A DNA stretch of 59,769 nt from the NCBI RefSeq assembly GCF_004010195.1, contig NC_057718.1, forward strand, positions 29,635,899 to 29,695,667, in the 5' to 3' direction. Made by a program: the position numbers and the translations under genes. The DNA comes from Chiloscyllium plagiosum (taxonomy: Eukaryota). Of this stretch, positions 39,356-50,267 are shown piece after piece. Every line of letters starts with the position of its first letter. The stretch's first letter is position 1. The notes under the pieces were generated by a model, which saw only the letters and a program-made list of their open reading frames with translations, ran no database searches and had not been told where the DNA came from.

Positions 39356-39378
39356 GTTTCTGTTTGTTTCTGCCCAGA
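39356..39378 (-). pseudogene. 23-nt exon (phase 0 to 2), TRIM-type
   Basis: ...TGTCTGATTCCACAG|TCTGGGCAGAAACAAACAGAAAC|GTAAAT. Confidence 0.6.
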
Positions 39379-39460
39379 CTGTGGAATCAGACAAACAAGG
39401 GCAAAAGATCAGATAATTGAAAATGTAGACGAGTTACACTCAAACCCATTTTATGCTTAT

Positions 39461-39867
39461 GATTTCAGCTTTTGGCTTTCTTTTATCCTGGTCAAGACTT
39501 AAGTTGTCCAAATCAGGACCCTGCCTACTGAACTGTTTGATTTCCCAGGTCAGGAATGCAAGATTCTGCTGACTGCACTGGTTCAGAAAAGCTCTTAAAA
39601 TTGCTTTTCATTTCATTATTTTGAGACATGCCAGTATGATTAGGCATTTTTTTAAAGATTCTTCAAATCAAAGAGTATTTAATTTGCCAGGCAATCTATT
39701 GTATAGAATTGAACTATTAAATGGTTCAGTTTAAATTTTATAAATAATTTTAATCAGGTTACTCACAGATAGAAGACTTGCCATCCATCTTAAACTTGCT
39801 GATAAATCAATTTTCAAATGTATTAGTAAGACTGCACAAGTTACCATTCTTCAAAGATCAAGAAATA
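39461..39867 (-). pseudogene. Two coiled-coil-region exon remnants (39867-39767, 101 nt; 39695-~39461, ~235 nt)
   Basis: The first has TAG/GTGAGT sites. The second has a TAG acceptor, a possibly mutated donor (ATAAGC) and heptad-like QQNLAFLTWEIKQFSRQGPDLDNL. Confidence 0.45.
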
Positions 39868-40055
39868 CTAATTAATGGAGTAAAATAAACAATTGTACGA
39901 TCTAAATTACATTGTATTGTGGAAAATATTATGCTTGAAGTTGCATAAATTCATTTTAGTGGAAGCTTGCTGTGTAAAGTAACCAAATCAACATATGTTC
40001 ATGTGCAATTTTGAAGTAATTTTACAACTATGACCAAAACAGAAACCTCCTTTAC

Positions 40056-40522
40056 AGTTTTTAACATATTGCTTCTATTAGATATGAATTTTGAAAAATG
40101 CATCTTTGTTGTTGGATTTTGATTCCAGTTCTTTGCAGTGTTTATCCATGGTGTGCATTTCTTGTACTTTTATCTGCCTTATTCATTCATCTTTCTGCTT
40201 CTCTCTTTGTTCCAAGTACTTATCTCATCTTGTATTTGTTTTCTTCTTGATGCATTTCTTGCACCTCTTACAGAATGATTCTGGTATCCATAGTGTATTA
40301 CGATTTGGGAAGGAATTGTTAAAGAGAACCATTTATAGAGAAGTGCAATCCAGTCATTAATTGACAGAACAAAGTACAAAGTTTCACATTCTAAAAAGAA
40401 AAACACTTTTGTTATAAACAAAAATTAAACAAAACAAGCATTATTAATATAACACAACTGTTTATAATTACTTATGCTTTGAACATTGTTCGACTTTTAA
40501 CTTCTCCATCCCAAGAATTTCT
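40056..40522 (-). pseudogene. B-box-like and coiled-coil exon remnants (40522/40520-40472; 40390-40056)
   Basis: KVEQCSKH | KLCTLFC...HYGY, then K/E/Q-rich KYLEQREKQKDE*IRQIKVQEMHTMDKHCKELESK. Canonical splice sites, with frameshifts. Confidence 0.45.
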
Positions 40523-40631
40523 CTATAACAAGAATTACAGCAACTTTGAAAGTTCATCATTTTTCATAATCAATCCAAAGGTGTGACACAGCCATCCAGA
40601 AGTCAGTTTGTTTTCTTTTCAGTGTTCTTAC

Positions 40632-41996
40632 CAGTCACCAAGGTAAGATTCTTTGAAATTTCTTCCAATAGCTTTTTGGCTTCACATCCCTCCACCTTTT
40701 GTTTAAAAATGGCTATGGATGCCTCAGCTCCTTGTTCAGGTTCCTGGCAGACACCCAATACTGTCCCATAACTTTCCAAGCCAACACTGCATACCGACAT
40801 CAGCCACAAAGTGTTGCCAAGCAAATAAACCTTGGAGTGCAGGTTCATAGTTCTTTGAAAGTGGAGCTGTAGATAGACAGGGTAGTGAAGAATGCGCTTG
40901 GTATGCTTGCCTTTACTGGTCATATTGCAGCTATCCAGGACATCAGTGAGGCCACTTTTAGAATACTGCATTCAGTTCTGGTCTCCCTGCTATAGAAAGG
41001 TGTTCTGAAATTTGGAAGGATTCAGTAAAGATTTGTGGGGTGTTGCCAGGGTAGGAGTGTTTGAGCTATAGGAAGAAGCCGAATTAGCTGAAGCTATTTT
41101 TCCTGGAGTGTTGGAGGCTGAGGGGTGGGCTTATAGAAGTTTATAAAATCATGAGGGGCATGGATAGGATGAATAGACAAGGTCTTTTGCCCAGGGTAGG
41201 GCAGTTCAAAACTAGACAGCATAGATTTAAAGTGATAGGGAAAGATTTAAAAGGGACCTTGGGTAACTTTTTCATGCAGAAGGTGGTGTATGTATGGAAT
41301 GAAATTTCAGAGGGAATAAAGGACATTAGTTCGGCCACTTTTGGAATACTGTATGCAATTCTGGTCGCTCTGCTATAGGAAAGATATAATGAAACTAGGA
41401 AGAGTTCAGAAAAGATTTACAAGGATGTTGCCAGAGCTGGATGGTTTTAGCTACAGGAAGAGGATGAATAGGTTGGGGCTATTTTCCGTGGAGCATTGGA
41501 GGCTGAGGGGTGGCCTTTTAGTGGTTTATAAAATCATGACTGGCATGGATAGATTAAACAGATAAGTTCTTTGCTGCAGGGGGGAGGAGTCCCAAATTTG
41601 AGGGCATAGGTTTAAGGTGAGAGGGGAATGATTTAAAAGGGACCTCAGGGGCAACTTTTTCACACAGAGGGTTGTGTATGTATGGAATGAGCCAGAGGAA
41701 GTGGTGGACACTGATACAATTACAACATTTAAAAGGCATCTGGATGGGTGTCTGAATAGGAAAGGTTTAGAGGGATATGGACCAAATGCTGACAAATGGG
41801 ACTAGAGTAATTCAGAAAATCTGGTCAGCAGAGACAAGTTGACAAAAGTGTCTGTTTCTGTGCTGTATATCTCTATGACTGTAGGGGTCTGAGGGCCAAT
41901 TTTGATTTTTTTTCCATGAGCTGAAAGCTTAAGCAACCTTGATACCTGTTTCTCCCTCACAAATTTAAATGAAGCTCCAGACCATCTATGTTCCAT
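40632..41996 (-). pseudogene. CARD-like exon split by a CR1 insertion
   Basis: TACTAAC branch point and TTCTTTAG acceptor; G|GTAAGA donor. Removing 40829-41880 gives 104 stop-free codons: MEHRWSGASFKFVREK...QTPT/YLLGN...GCEAKKLLEEISKNLTLVT. Confidence 0.7.
40829..41880 (+). mobile_element. CR1 insertion made of two overlapping tandem 3' fragments
   Basis: The RPLLEYC...KVVYVWNE segment occurs twice (40829-~41310 and ~41320-41880), followed by a single CTCTATGACT tail. Confidence 0.9.
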
Positions 41997-42693
41997 CTAA
42001 AGAACAATGCAGTTAGTATTTTCTCTGTTTGAAGTGCTGGCCTAACTGACTGTCTTTCCTTGTTGACTCTCTCAATCTGTCTAAACCAAATCAAATTTGC
42101 AACTGCCTCTGTCTGTTCTGTCAAACTGAACTGCTTGCTTCCAATATCAAACTTGCACAGATATATTCAACAGAATAGTCTTCTAATACAGCGCTCCACA
42201 CAAATCACTATCTCTATGAGAATGTGAAGTGCTTTAGGATGATTTAAACAAAAATGCAAACAAATTGTCTTAATTTTAATACAAGTCTTTGATTCTGCAA
42301 CTTGGAATAATTTAAATCACTTCTAGAGCTTTATAACCCTCTTTCCCAGAATTGCAAACTTTAATTTCTTGTTTAAGGGATATTGATAGACACCTTGGCT
42401 CTATCAAGAAGTCCAGAAATGTGTTATCTATTGTTCAGTATTTACACCTCTAACTCTGACCTTGAAGATGAAAATAGGTTTACTTTTAACTGTAATTAAG
42501 TCCAAACTTGTCTGAATTGCTTCTACTTTAGTGTTATCAGTTTCTCAATGAATAAATTTCCCTTCCATTTAGATTTTCATATCCTAATGTTCGAACTTAT
42601 ATCCTAAAATATGTGAAGAATGAACTATATTTTCACAAGTGCCACAGAATAGCTGTGTGAGATCAGTGAAATATATTTGAAGAATGTTTCAAC

Positions 42694-43165
42694 ATTTAGT
42701 CTCAAAAAGTAAGACATAGAAGCATTTTACACTGAATTTCTGGTAGTAGAAACAGTACTTGGAACTTCAGATACTTCTGCAACCTCAGAAGGTGGTGTGG
42801 TTTCCCAGGATTCCAAAGTTTTATTATTGATGTCTGTGCTGGCAAAGGCTATAGATCCTGCTGCTTCCAAATGAGTAAGTTAGAATCATGGAAGGCTACA
42901 ACAGAGGAGACCATTTTTTTGCCCAATATTTGTGAGGCAGCTCGCCAGCCTAACAGGATGCTCTCAGTCTATAACATCATGATATGACTTCACCTGACTA
43001 AGGGCCAGCACTCAGAAAGCTTGTGATTTCAAATAAACCTGTTGGACTATAACCTGGTGTCTGTGTCTTCTGATTTTATAACATCACGGAGTTGGGGTGA
43101 AAGGTTTCTACTAATCAGAAATTTGATGTAAATGTGCTTTTATGTCTTACTTTTTGACACTAAAT
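42694..43165. repeat. ~60-bp imperfect inverted repeat pair (MITE-like or local inversion)
   Basis: 42694-42753 is the reverse complement of 43104-43165 (TATGTCTTACTTTTTGA core). Confidence 0.8.
42980..43076 (+). mobile_element. Short Penelope pLTR insertion with a 10-bp TSD
   Basis: TATAACATCA at 42970-42979 and 43077-43086. AAATAAACCTGTTGGACTATAACCTGGTGT is shared with 25392 and 47570. Confidence 0.8.
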
Positions 43166-43205
43166 ACTAGAGCATTCTTCGTGAGACTGAAACATTGTTG
43201 CTTAC

Positions 43206-43626
43206 CACTGACTGGAGTGCAGCCGAGATTGATGTATCGCATCCATATTCATGAACATCAACATTGTTGCTAAATCATATTGGAATAATATTACAATATA
43301 ACAAACACGAAACTGAATTCTTGAAGGAGATATATTTCGGCATAAAACGAGAAAATATTTGAAATAGGTAGTTCCTTCTATCGAGACTCAATTTTACGTG
43401 TCTTCCTTATTATGTTGCCCTTTCCTATACAGTACAATAAAATTCAGCACTGTCAATAATTTAACTCTAATTTGATCTCAGAGACATATGAAGTAGCCAG
43501 TCCACTAAGAATCCTGGACTTTAGTAACGCCCCATGAGTATAGGGTAGAGAAGTAAAGCATTAAATTCCTCTTCCAAGAACTTTACTTGCATTTATGTGT
43601 GTTACTTTCTACCATGTTTAAGTCAA
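43206..43626 (-). pseudogene. Three linker micro-exons (43626-43587, 43424-43398, 43269-43206)
   Basis: All are AG/GT-bounded, with phases 1-2, 2-2 and 2-0. They give stop-free DLNMVESNTHKC-K-KGQHNKED-T-NNVDVHEYGCDTSISAALQSV, joining in frame to 41996. Confidence 0.55.
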
Positions 43627-44074
43627 CTAGGAAGTATTTTGATAGCGCAGAGTTTAAACTATACTTGAAGCTAAATTCAATTACTATAAAACTAAGCTCC
43701 TGACCCCGACATTCCATCAATGATAATAGAAGGGAGTGTTTGGGGGTGGTGAATATTTTGGTTTCGAGTATTTAAGTTCAGTTTTAATGCTGTGAATTAC
43801 TTGCTTGTTATAATCCACGTTTCGCTCTATTAGCAACAACGCATTGAGCGACGTACCTTGTCTGGAGTAATCAGTAACTTTTTGAGCACTCTGCGGATTT
43901 CGGAACGTTGAGAAAGAGTCTATTGCACATTGCCCATAGTCCAGGGCCGGGGCTCAGGCTCAGAGTCTGACGCCAGGTGGCCTTCGCTGCTGCTGGTATC
44001 CACGAGATGACGCTGTGCACCACTGAAGGCTGCTCTCCCAGTGACAGACCATTAAATCACTCATAGAGATCCCT

Positions 44075-44447
44075 TGCTGAAAATGTGTTGCTGGAAAAGC
44101 GTAGCAGGGCAGGCTGCATTCAAGGAGCAGAAGAATCGACATTTCGGGCATAGGCCCTTCTCCAGGAATGAGGAAAGTGTGTCCAGCAGGCTAAGATAAA
44201 AGGTAGGGAGGAGGGACTTGGGGGAGGGGCGTTGGAAATGCCATAGGTGGAAGGAGGTCAAGGTGAGGGTGATAGGCCGGAGTGGGGGTGGGGGCAGAGA
44301 GGTCAGGAAGAAGATTGCAGGTTAGGAAAGTGGTGCTGAGTTTGAGGGATTTGACTGAGACAAGGTGGCGGCCTGTCTCCCCAATGTAGAGGAGGCCACA
44401 TCGGGTGCACCGGATGCAATAAATGATGTGTGTGGAGGTGCAGGTGG
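44075..44447 (-). mobile_element. Penelope-like fragment (pLTR + GIY-YIG remnant)
   Basis: Hammerhead-like CUGGAGA...GAAAUGUC at 44133-44168 and an IIYCIRCTRCGLLYIGET peptide. Confidence 0.85.
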
Positions 44448-44454
44448 AGATTGT

Positions 44455-45216
44455 CTTTGGAGCAAAGGCTAAACAGGTTGGGGCTCTAATTACTGGAATT
44501 TAGAAGAATGAGAGATCTCATTGAAACATAAAAGATTCTTAAGGGCTTGTGAGGATAGACACTGAGAGAATATTTCCTCTCATGGGAGATTCTAGGGCCA
44601 GAGAGCATAGTCTCAAAATTAAAGGCATAAATTTAAGACTCAGATGAGGAGGAATTTCTTCTTTCAGAGGGTTGTGAATTTCTGGAACTCTTTGCCACAG
44701 AGAGCTGTGGGGCTGGAGTATGTGTGCATTTAAGACTGAAATAGATAGATTATTGGTAAGTAGAAGAATCAAGTATTATGGGGAAAGGGCAGGAAAGCGG
44801 ACATAAGGATTGTCAAATCAGCCATATGGCGGAACAATCTCGAGAGGCTGAATGGCCTATTCCTGTTTCTATTTCTTTTGATACCAAAGCTACCTCATGT
44901 CCCCTTTTTGCCCTCCTGATTTCCCTCTTAAGTATACTCCTACTGCCTTTATACTCTTCTAAGGATTCACTCGATCTATCCTGTCTATATCTTACATATG
45001 CTTCCTTCTTTTTCTTAACCAAACCCTCAATTTCTTTAGTCATCCAGCATTCCCTATATCTACCAGCCTTTCCTTTCACCCTAACAGGAATATACTTTTT
45101 CTGGATTCTAGTTATCTCATTTCTGAAGGCTTCCCATTTTCCAAAGTGGTCCCTCACTGACACCTCAGTAACCTGCCCTGCCTTATTTCCCAAGTGTAGG
45201 TCAAGTTTTCTTCTCT
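44455..45216. mobile_element. CR1 3' tail (+) joined to an internally deleted CR1 ORF2 fragment (-)
   Basis: 44885-45210 matches 56860-57355, with a deletion at ~45142. Confidence 0.85.
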
Positions 45217-45479
45217 AAATTCAAGTTCGGCAACCTTATATACGTCTCTGGCTCTTGCTCCACGTTTAAGCACCTCATTCTTTTCCATGTCTTCAAGATC
45301 GCCCTGCTCTTCCAAGTACCTTTCATAGCTTTTTCTCTACTTTTCTGTCTCATTGGAAGCAAAGAAAATTATAAGAATAAAAAATCTACTTGATTGACTT
45401 TAATGAAGGATCAGTGTAGACTTGAAGAATCAAATGCAGTGCTTCACACTGCAGGGATTCTATGATTAAATGTCCAAAT

Positions 45480-46287
45480 GCAGAAAAACATGGGCAATAT
45501 CTAGGCTTGGGCTGATAAGTTGAAAGTAATAATCATACCACACATGTATGAGGCAATGACCATCTCTCACAAAAGAGAATCTTACCATCTTACATTTAAT
45601 GGAATTATCTTTGCTGGGTCCCTCACTAGCAGCATCCTATAAGTTACAATTGACCAGAAACTATATTGGACTTGCTATATAAATACTGTCTGCATAAGAG
45701 CAAGTCAGAAACTTGGATTCCTGCATTCAGTAAGTCAATTCCTAACTTCCCAAATTGAATACACCATCTACAAGATACAAGTCAAGAGTGGGATTGAATA
45801 CTCCCCATTTGCCTGAATGAATGCAGCTTCAACAACACTCAAGAAGCTTGACACCACCCAAGACAAAGCAGCCCATTTTATTGGTACCACCTTCGCAAAT
45901 ATTCACTCCCTCCATCATCAGTGCTCAGTAACAAAAGTGTGTTCTACCTACAAGATGCACTGCAGAAATTCAACATGGATTCTTAGACAGCACCTTTCAA
46001 ATCCATGACCATTTCCATACAGAAAGCCAAGACCAGCAGATACATGGGAACACCATCACCTGCAAGTTTGCTCCAAGCTAGTCGCCATCTTGAGATATAT
46101 CACCATTGCTTCAGTGTCATTTGTTCAAAATCCTGGAATTCCCACTCTAACAGCATTGTGAGTCAACCCCCAGCACATGAACTGCTGTATTTCAAAAAAG
46201 CAGCTCACCACCACCTTCACAAGGGCAACAAGGAATGGGTAATCAATGCTGGCCCAGCCATTGACACCCACATCCCATGAGTGAACA
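45480..46287 (+). mobile_element. CR1/L2-group LINE 3' end (second family)
   Basis: TIYKIQVKSGIEYS and LKKLDTTQDKAA peptides, with the tail ATGCTGGCCCAGCC...CACATCCCATGA. Confidence 0.85.
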
Positions 46288-47805
46288 TATTTTTTAAAAT
46301 ATCTTTCGCCACATTTCTAACAGCCTTTCCACCCCCTTTTTTGTGACAAAGCCTGTGTCCAATTCATTCAATATAATCCTTCAATCTCAAAATCAGTTAT
46401 GAATCTACTTTGTTATCATGTCGAGTTTGCAATAATCATTTCAGAATCTTTGTGATCTAATAAAAACCAAAAGAACTGCAGAAACTGGAAATCAGAAACA
46501 AAAACAGAAATTGCTGGAAATGCTTAGCAAATCTGGCAGCATCTGTGGAGAGAAATCAGAGTTAACATTTTGGGTCAGGTGACTCTTCTTCAGACTTGAT
46601 GGTAGCTAGGAAAAAGTTGGTTTGTATGCAGAAGACTGGGAATGGGGAGCGGGTAAAGAGTACATGATAGGGAGAGATGGAGCCCAAAGAGAGGGAAGAA
46701 TAATTGGACAGACAAAGGAGTGGATAATGGTCGACCTAGAAGAGTGACTAGCTGCTAATGGGGACTATTAGTGTCTAACAATAGGTGGTGTGTCATAGCA
46801 GATTAAGTGATAACAAGGCCTCATGTGTGGGGTAGGGATAAGGACATGAGAGAAGGTGTCTCAAACCATAAAATTGTTGAGTCCAGAAGGCTGTAGAATT
46901 CCCAGGTGGAAAATTAAGTGCTGTTCTTCCGGCTTGTACTGAACTTTGTTGGACTAATGCAGTAAGCCTGTGACAGAGATGTTGACCAGAGAACAAAGAG
47001 TTGTGTTGAAATGACAGGCAACTGGAAGCTGTCTTTTTTGCAGACAAAATGCAGATGTTCTGCAAAGTGGTCACCTAGTCTACATTTCATTTCCCCAAAG
47101 TAGAGGCGACCACATTGTGAGCAGTGAATGCAGTAGATTAGATTGGGTGAAGTGTAGGTAAAGCGCTGCTTTATCTGGAAGGAGTGTTTGGGCCCTTGGG
47201 TACTGACGAGGGAGGAGGTAAACAGGTGGGTATTACACCCTTCTGTGGTTGTAGGAGAAAGTACCATATGGCTATGGGGGGAGGGTGTTGAAAGTGAAGG
47301 AGAAATGGCTCAGGGTGTTCTGGAGCAAATGGTCCTGGCAGAAGGCTGATAAGGGAGAGGTGGGGAATATGTGTCTGGTGGTGGCATCTCACAGGAAATA
47401 GCAGAAATGGTGGCTGATAATCCTCCCGACGTGGATGCTGGTGGGATGGTGGGTGAGGATAAGGGGACCTTATCACTGTTGTGGGAGGGAAGAGAAGGGG
47501 TGAGAGCTGAAATGCGTAAGATGGTCAGACCCAGCTGAGGACCCTGTCAACTTCGGTCCTGAGGACAGCTACCTGATAAACGAGCAGCACTCCAAAAGCT
47601 AGTGCTTCCAAATAAACCTGTTGGACTATAACCTGGTGTTGTATGATTTTTAACTGTCCACCCCAGTCCAACACTGGCTCCTCCACATCATTATCTATCA
47701 TGAACTTGATACCTTCACTCATGAATCAATTTCTCTGGAATGAGTCTGTAAGGGTTTTGTTTTATGGACATCTCTCACATGAACATCATGATCAGTCAAA
47801 ACCAT
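46288..47805 (-). pseudogene. Pyrin-domain (PYD)-like exon split by a Penelope insertion
   Basis: AAAATGG start: MVLTDHDVHVRDV-IKQNPYRLIPEKL, then after the insertion RF*NDYC...ILNELDTGFVTKKGVERLLEMWRKIF*KI. Confidence 0.55.
46460..47692 (-). mobile_element. Penelope-like fragment plus an oppositely oriented pLTR
   Basis: GIY-YIG NLIYCIHCSQCGRLYFGEMKCRLGDHFAEH. ATCTA flanks both sides (46455-46459 and 47693-47697). Confidence 0.85.
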
Positions 47806-48949
47806 TTTTCCTAAGTTATTCTCACAAGTTGATCTTGTAAGTCACCTGAGTGGTTTTCTGGAAGTTAAGGCATGATGCTATTTAAACATCTCTGTACTTT
47901 CAAATTAGTTTGTTGGAGAGCCAACTTTTGACTTTTCCATTTTTAATTCATCCTCCAATTGCGCATGTCCTTCAATCCCATGACCTCACCTCCCCTTCCC
48001 TGTTTGGAGAAGCACACACTCCTGCATCAGAACATCAGCTGCTGCAGTGAGTAGGATGGTGGCAAGTGATGACTGTCTTCCTGAATTAATGGCTTGCCTC
48101 AAGGAATTAACTCAAAACTCTCAAAAAGAAGACTTGGTGGTGGTTTCCATGACACTGGCCCAGAATTTGACCATCTCATTCAAAGAACAGTATAATAGGA
48201 AGGAGACAACACAATCTTTGTTTGAAAGCTTTGTACACATCCTAACAACACATTTAGCTGAGATAGAGATATTCAGTGACAACAGGAACAGTTGAAGGTA
48301 GCTGGGAGCTATAGAGCGGTGGATCTGCATGGTCATGGTGGCTGCAGTCTTGAACAGCAGTTCCAGTGTCGATGAATTAGTTCTTTTCCTCTGGTGTTTC
48401 AGTGGTGCCTGCAATGACGGCAGAGTGAATGATCCCTTGGTAAGTTTGGAAGGTCCCTCGGTCCTCAGGAATTGAGATGGGTTCCGGTCCTTTTGAGTTG
48501 AGACAGTCTCCTGGCTAAGGTGGTGGCTGCAGTATTGGTGGTAATGGGACAGCTTCTGTAGAAGTGACAATTTGGATCCAGTCTGCAGTGGAGGGGACTG
48601 CTTCAATGTGCTTCCTTCCTGGTGTTGCCACCTCAGGGTCTGCTTTGGTGGCTGCGCAGTGAGGCGGCATCCTGTAGCCACTTCAGAAATCAAGAAGCCA
48701 TGGATGGAACAAAAAACAAAATTTGTCTTTACTTTGTGTAAATTATTTTAAAAATAATTTATTTAATTAAAATGGTACCAGATTATGGTGATTTATACAC
48801 ATTTTACATATTTTCTTAAATACAAGTAACAATAAATTACTATATTATACTACACAATAAATTGTTCCTGCATCTTTCACTACAGTAAGTATACTTTTCT
48901 CCTGTCTATAATTCCTGTCATAACATCTTTTCAACATGGTAACATGACA

Positions 48950-50260
48950 CACTTGCTAATACTGTCTCCTGTCCAGAGTACTCCCCACATAATTTTCATC
49001 AATAAGTTTCTTCCTGCTTTAAGAATGTTCAGTGAACCTTGCTTTCATTGGTTCCCTCGAGACAGGAACAATGTTAACATTGGCCATCCAGTAATAAAAT
49101 TTCTATCTTTGGTCTTTTTGACTGCTCTCGTTTTCACGGTTTGTTGAGCATCCTTCAAATGCTTTTTAGCCAACACAAATATTTTGTTCAATTTCCCTCT
49201 GAAATACAAAACATAGTCTGGAAGCATAGTTTTTGAGCTCTGGTTTATCAAATCATTTTTAATTAATTTAAATGGTCCTCTCACCTCATGTTTAATTATT
49301 AGTTCAAACAGATTAAATCCTATGGGCTCATTAGCGGCATCTCTCATGGCAAAAACTAACAGTATAATTCCCTTATCCCAATCATCATCAAATTATTCGC
49401 TTCAAGTTCTACTTCATATCCTTCAAAGATTGGTGCAATCTTTCTGGTCCCCCTTGGGGTTATGGGTGATAAACTGAAGATAATTGTTTTACTTCAAAAT
49501 GAGCCATTACCTCTTTCAACATTGGTGACATAAAACTTGAATCTTGACATGATTGTTTTCCTTTGTGTAATCCAATCTTACAAAAAGAAAACTTTTCATT
49601 ACTATTTGTGTAAGAAGAGTTCTGAAAGGCACACTTTCAGGAAATTTGGTGGAAACATTCAAATGTATGAAATGATACTGGTTCCCATTTCTGATTAGGG
49701 TTCTACGCAATCGTTTTAGACCCTACTAAATGGTTCTTCAGATGCAGGCATGTATAGCAAGTCTGAAAAATTTGACCACAGTTTTCTGTAATCTTGATCA
49801 AGAAAAATGTATTAATAGTTTAGTGTGGGTTTTCCTAACATCTAACTGACCTGCCTTTGGAATTTTGCAAGTCAGTGGTAGAATTTGATTGCGATACAAA
49901 TGGAGTTACCACCTGATGGACCACTGCCTAATCCTCATCTGTTGGTATTTGAGGTGAGTCTCCATTTCCTCAACAATTCTTTGTATTTCATATAATAGAT
50001 CTCAGGTAATATTTCAGATTTAATCTCTGAGGAGGCAGTTTGGTATAACTCTTTCAATTCTGATTCTGTTTGATTCATTTCTAAGAAGGTATTCTAAACA
50101 TGTCAGCTCATTCTCTTAACCTCATGTTTTTCACTTACCTTTTCGAAAATTGTGTTGAATAACCGAATTTACAAATCATCTCCCTGTTTCATAGATTCCT
50201 TGTCTAATCCTGTAGACTTGGGATCCAGTCATAATACAGTTAGGAAACAACACAAGATAT
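48950..50260 (-). mobile_element. Degenerate Gmr1-type Gypsy integrase region
   Basis: GFNLFELIIKHEVRGPFKLIK...LAKKHLKDAQ and STKFPESVPFR peptides. Confidence 0.85.
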
Positions 50261-50267
50261 GTGTCTT

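Larger units (their letters stand above)
43857..45349 (-). pseudogene. CARD C-terminal half + linker exon, split by TE insertions (~44075-45216)
   Basis: KSYERYLEEQGDLEDMEKNEVLKRGARARDVYKVAELEF / RDLYE*FNGL across the insertion. Ends at an AG|GTACGT donor. Confidence 0.6.
38900..47805 (-). pseudogene. Decayed PYD/CARD/B-box/coiled-coil/PRY-SPRY-like gene (pseudogene A; possibly two adjacent genes)
   Basis: Chain of AG/GT-bounded segments reconstructed after removing TE insertions; see the component features. Confidence 0.65.

Noticed and set aside
40480..40632. TIFA-like words (KNxxKKTN...LxKM...MEK) in the read-through translation
   Set aside because: They need three stop read-throughs, the spacing from KQVSR is wrong, and the stretch lies mostly inside a canonical GT-AG intron. 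Likely coincidence.
40632..41996. Alternative OAS, Mab-21 or Deltex assignment of the split exon
   Set aside because: Only scattered residues fit and frameshifts are needed. A CARD-like reading fits the intact frame, the length and the phase-1 end.
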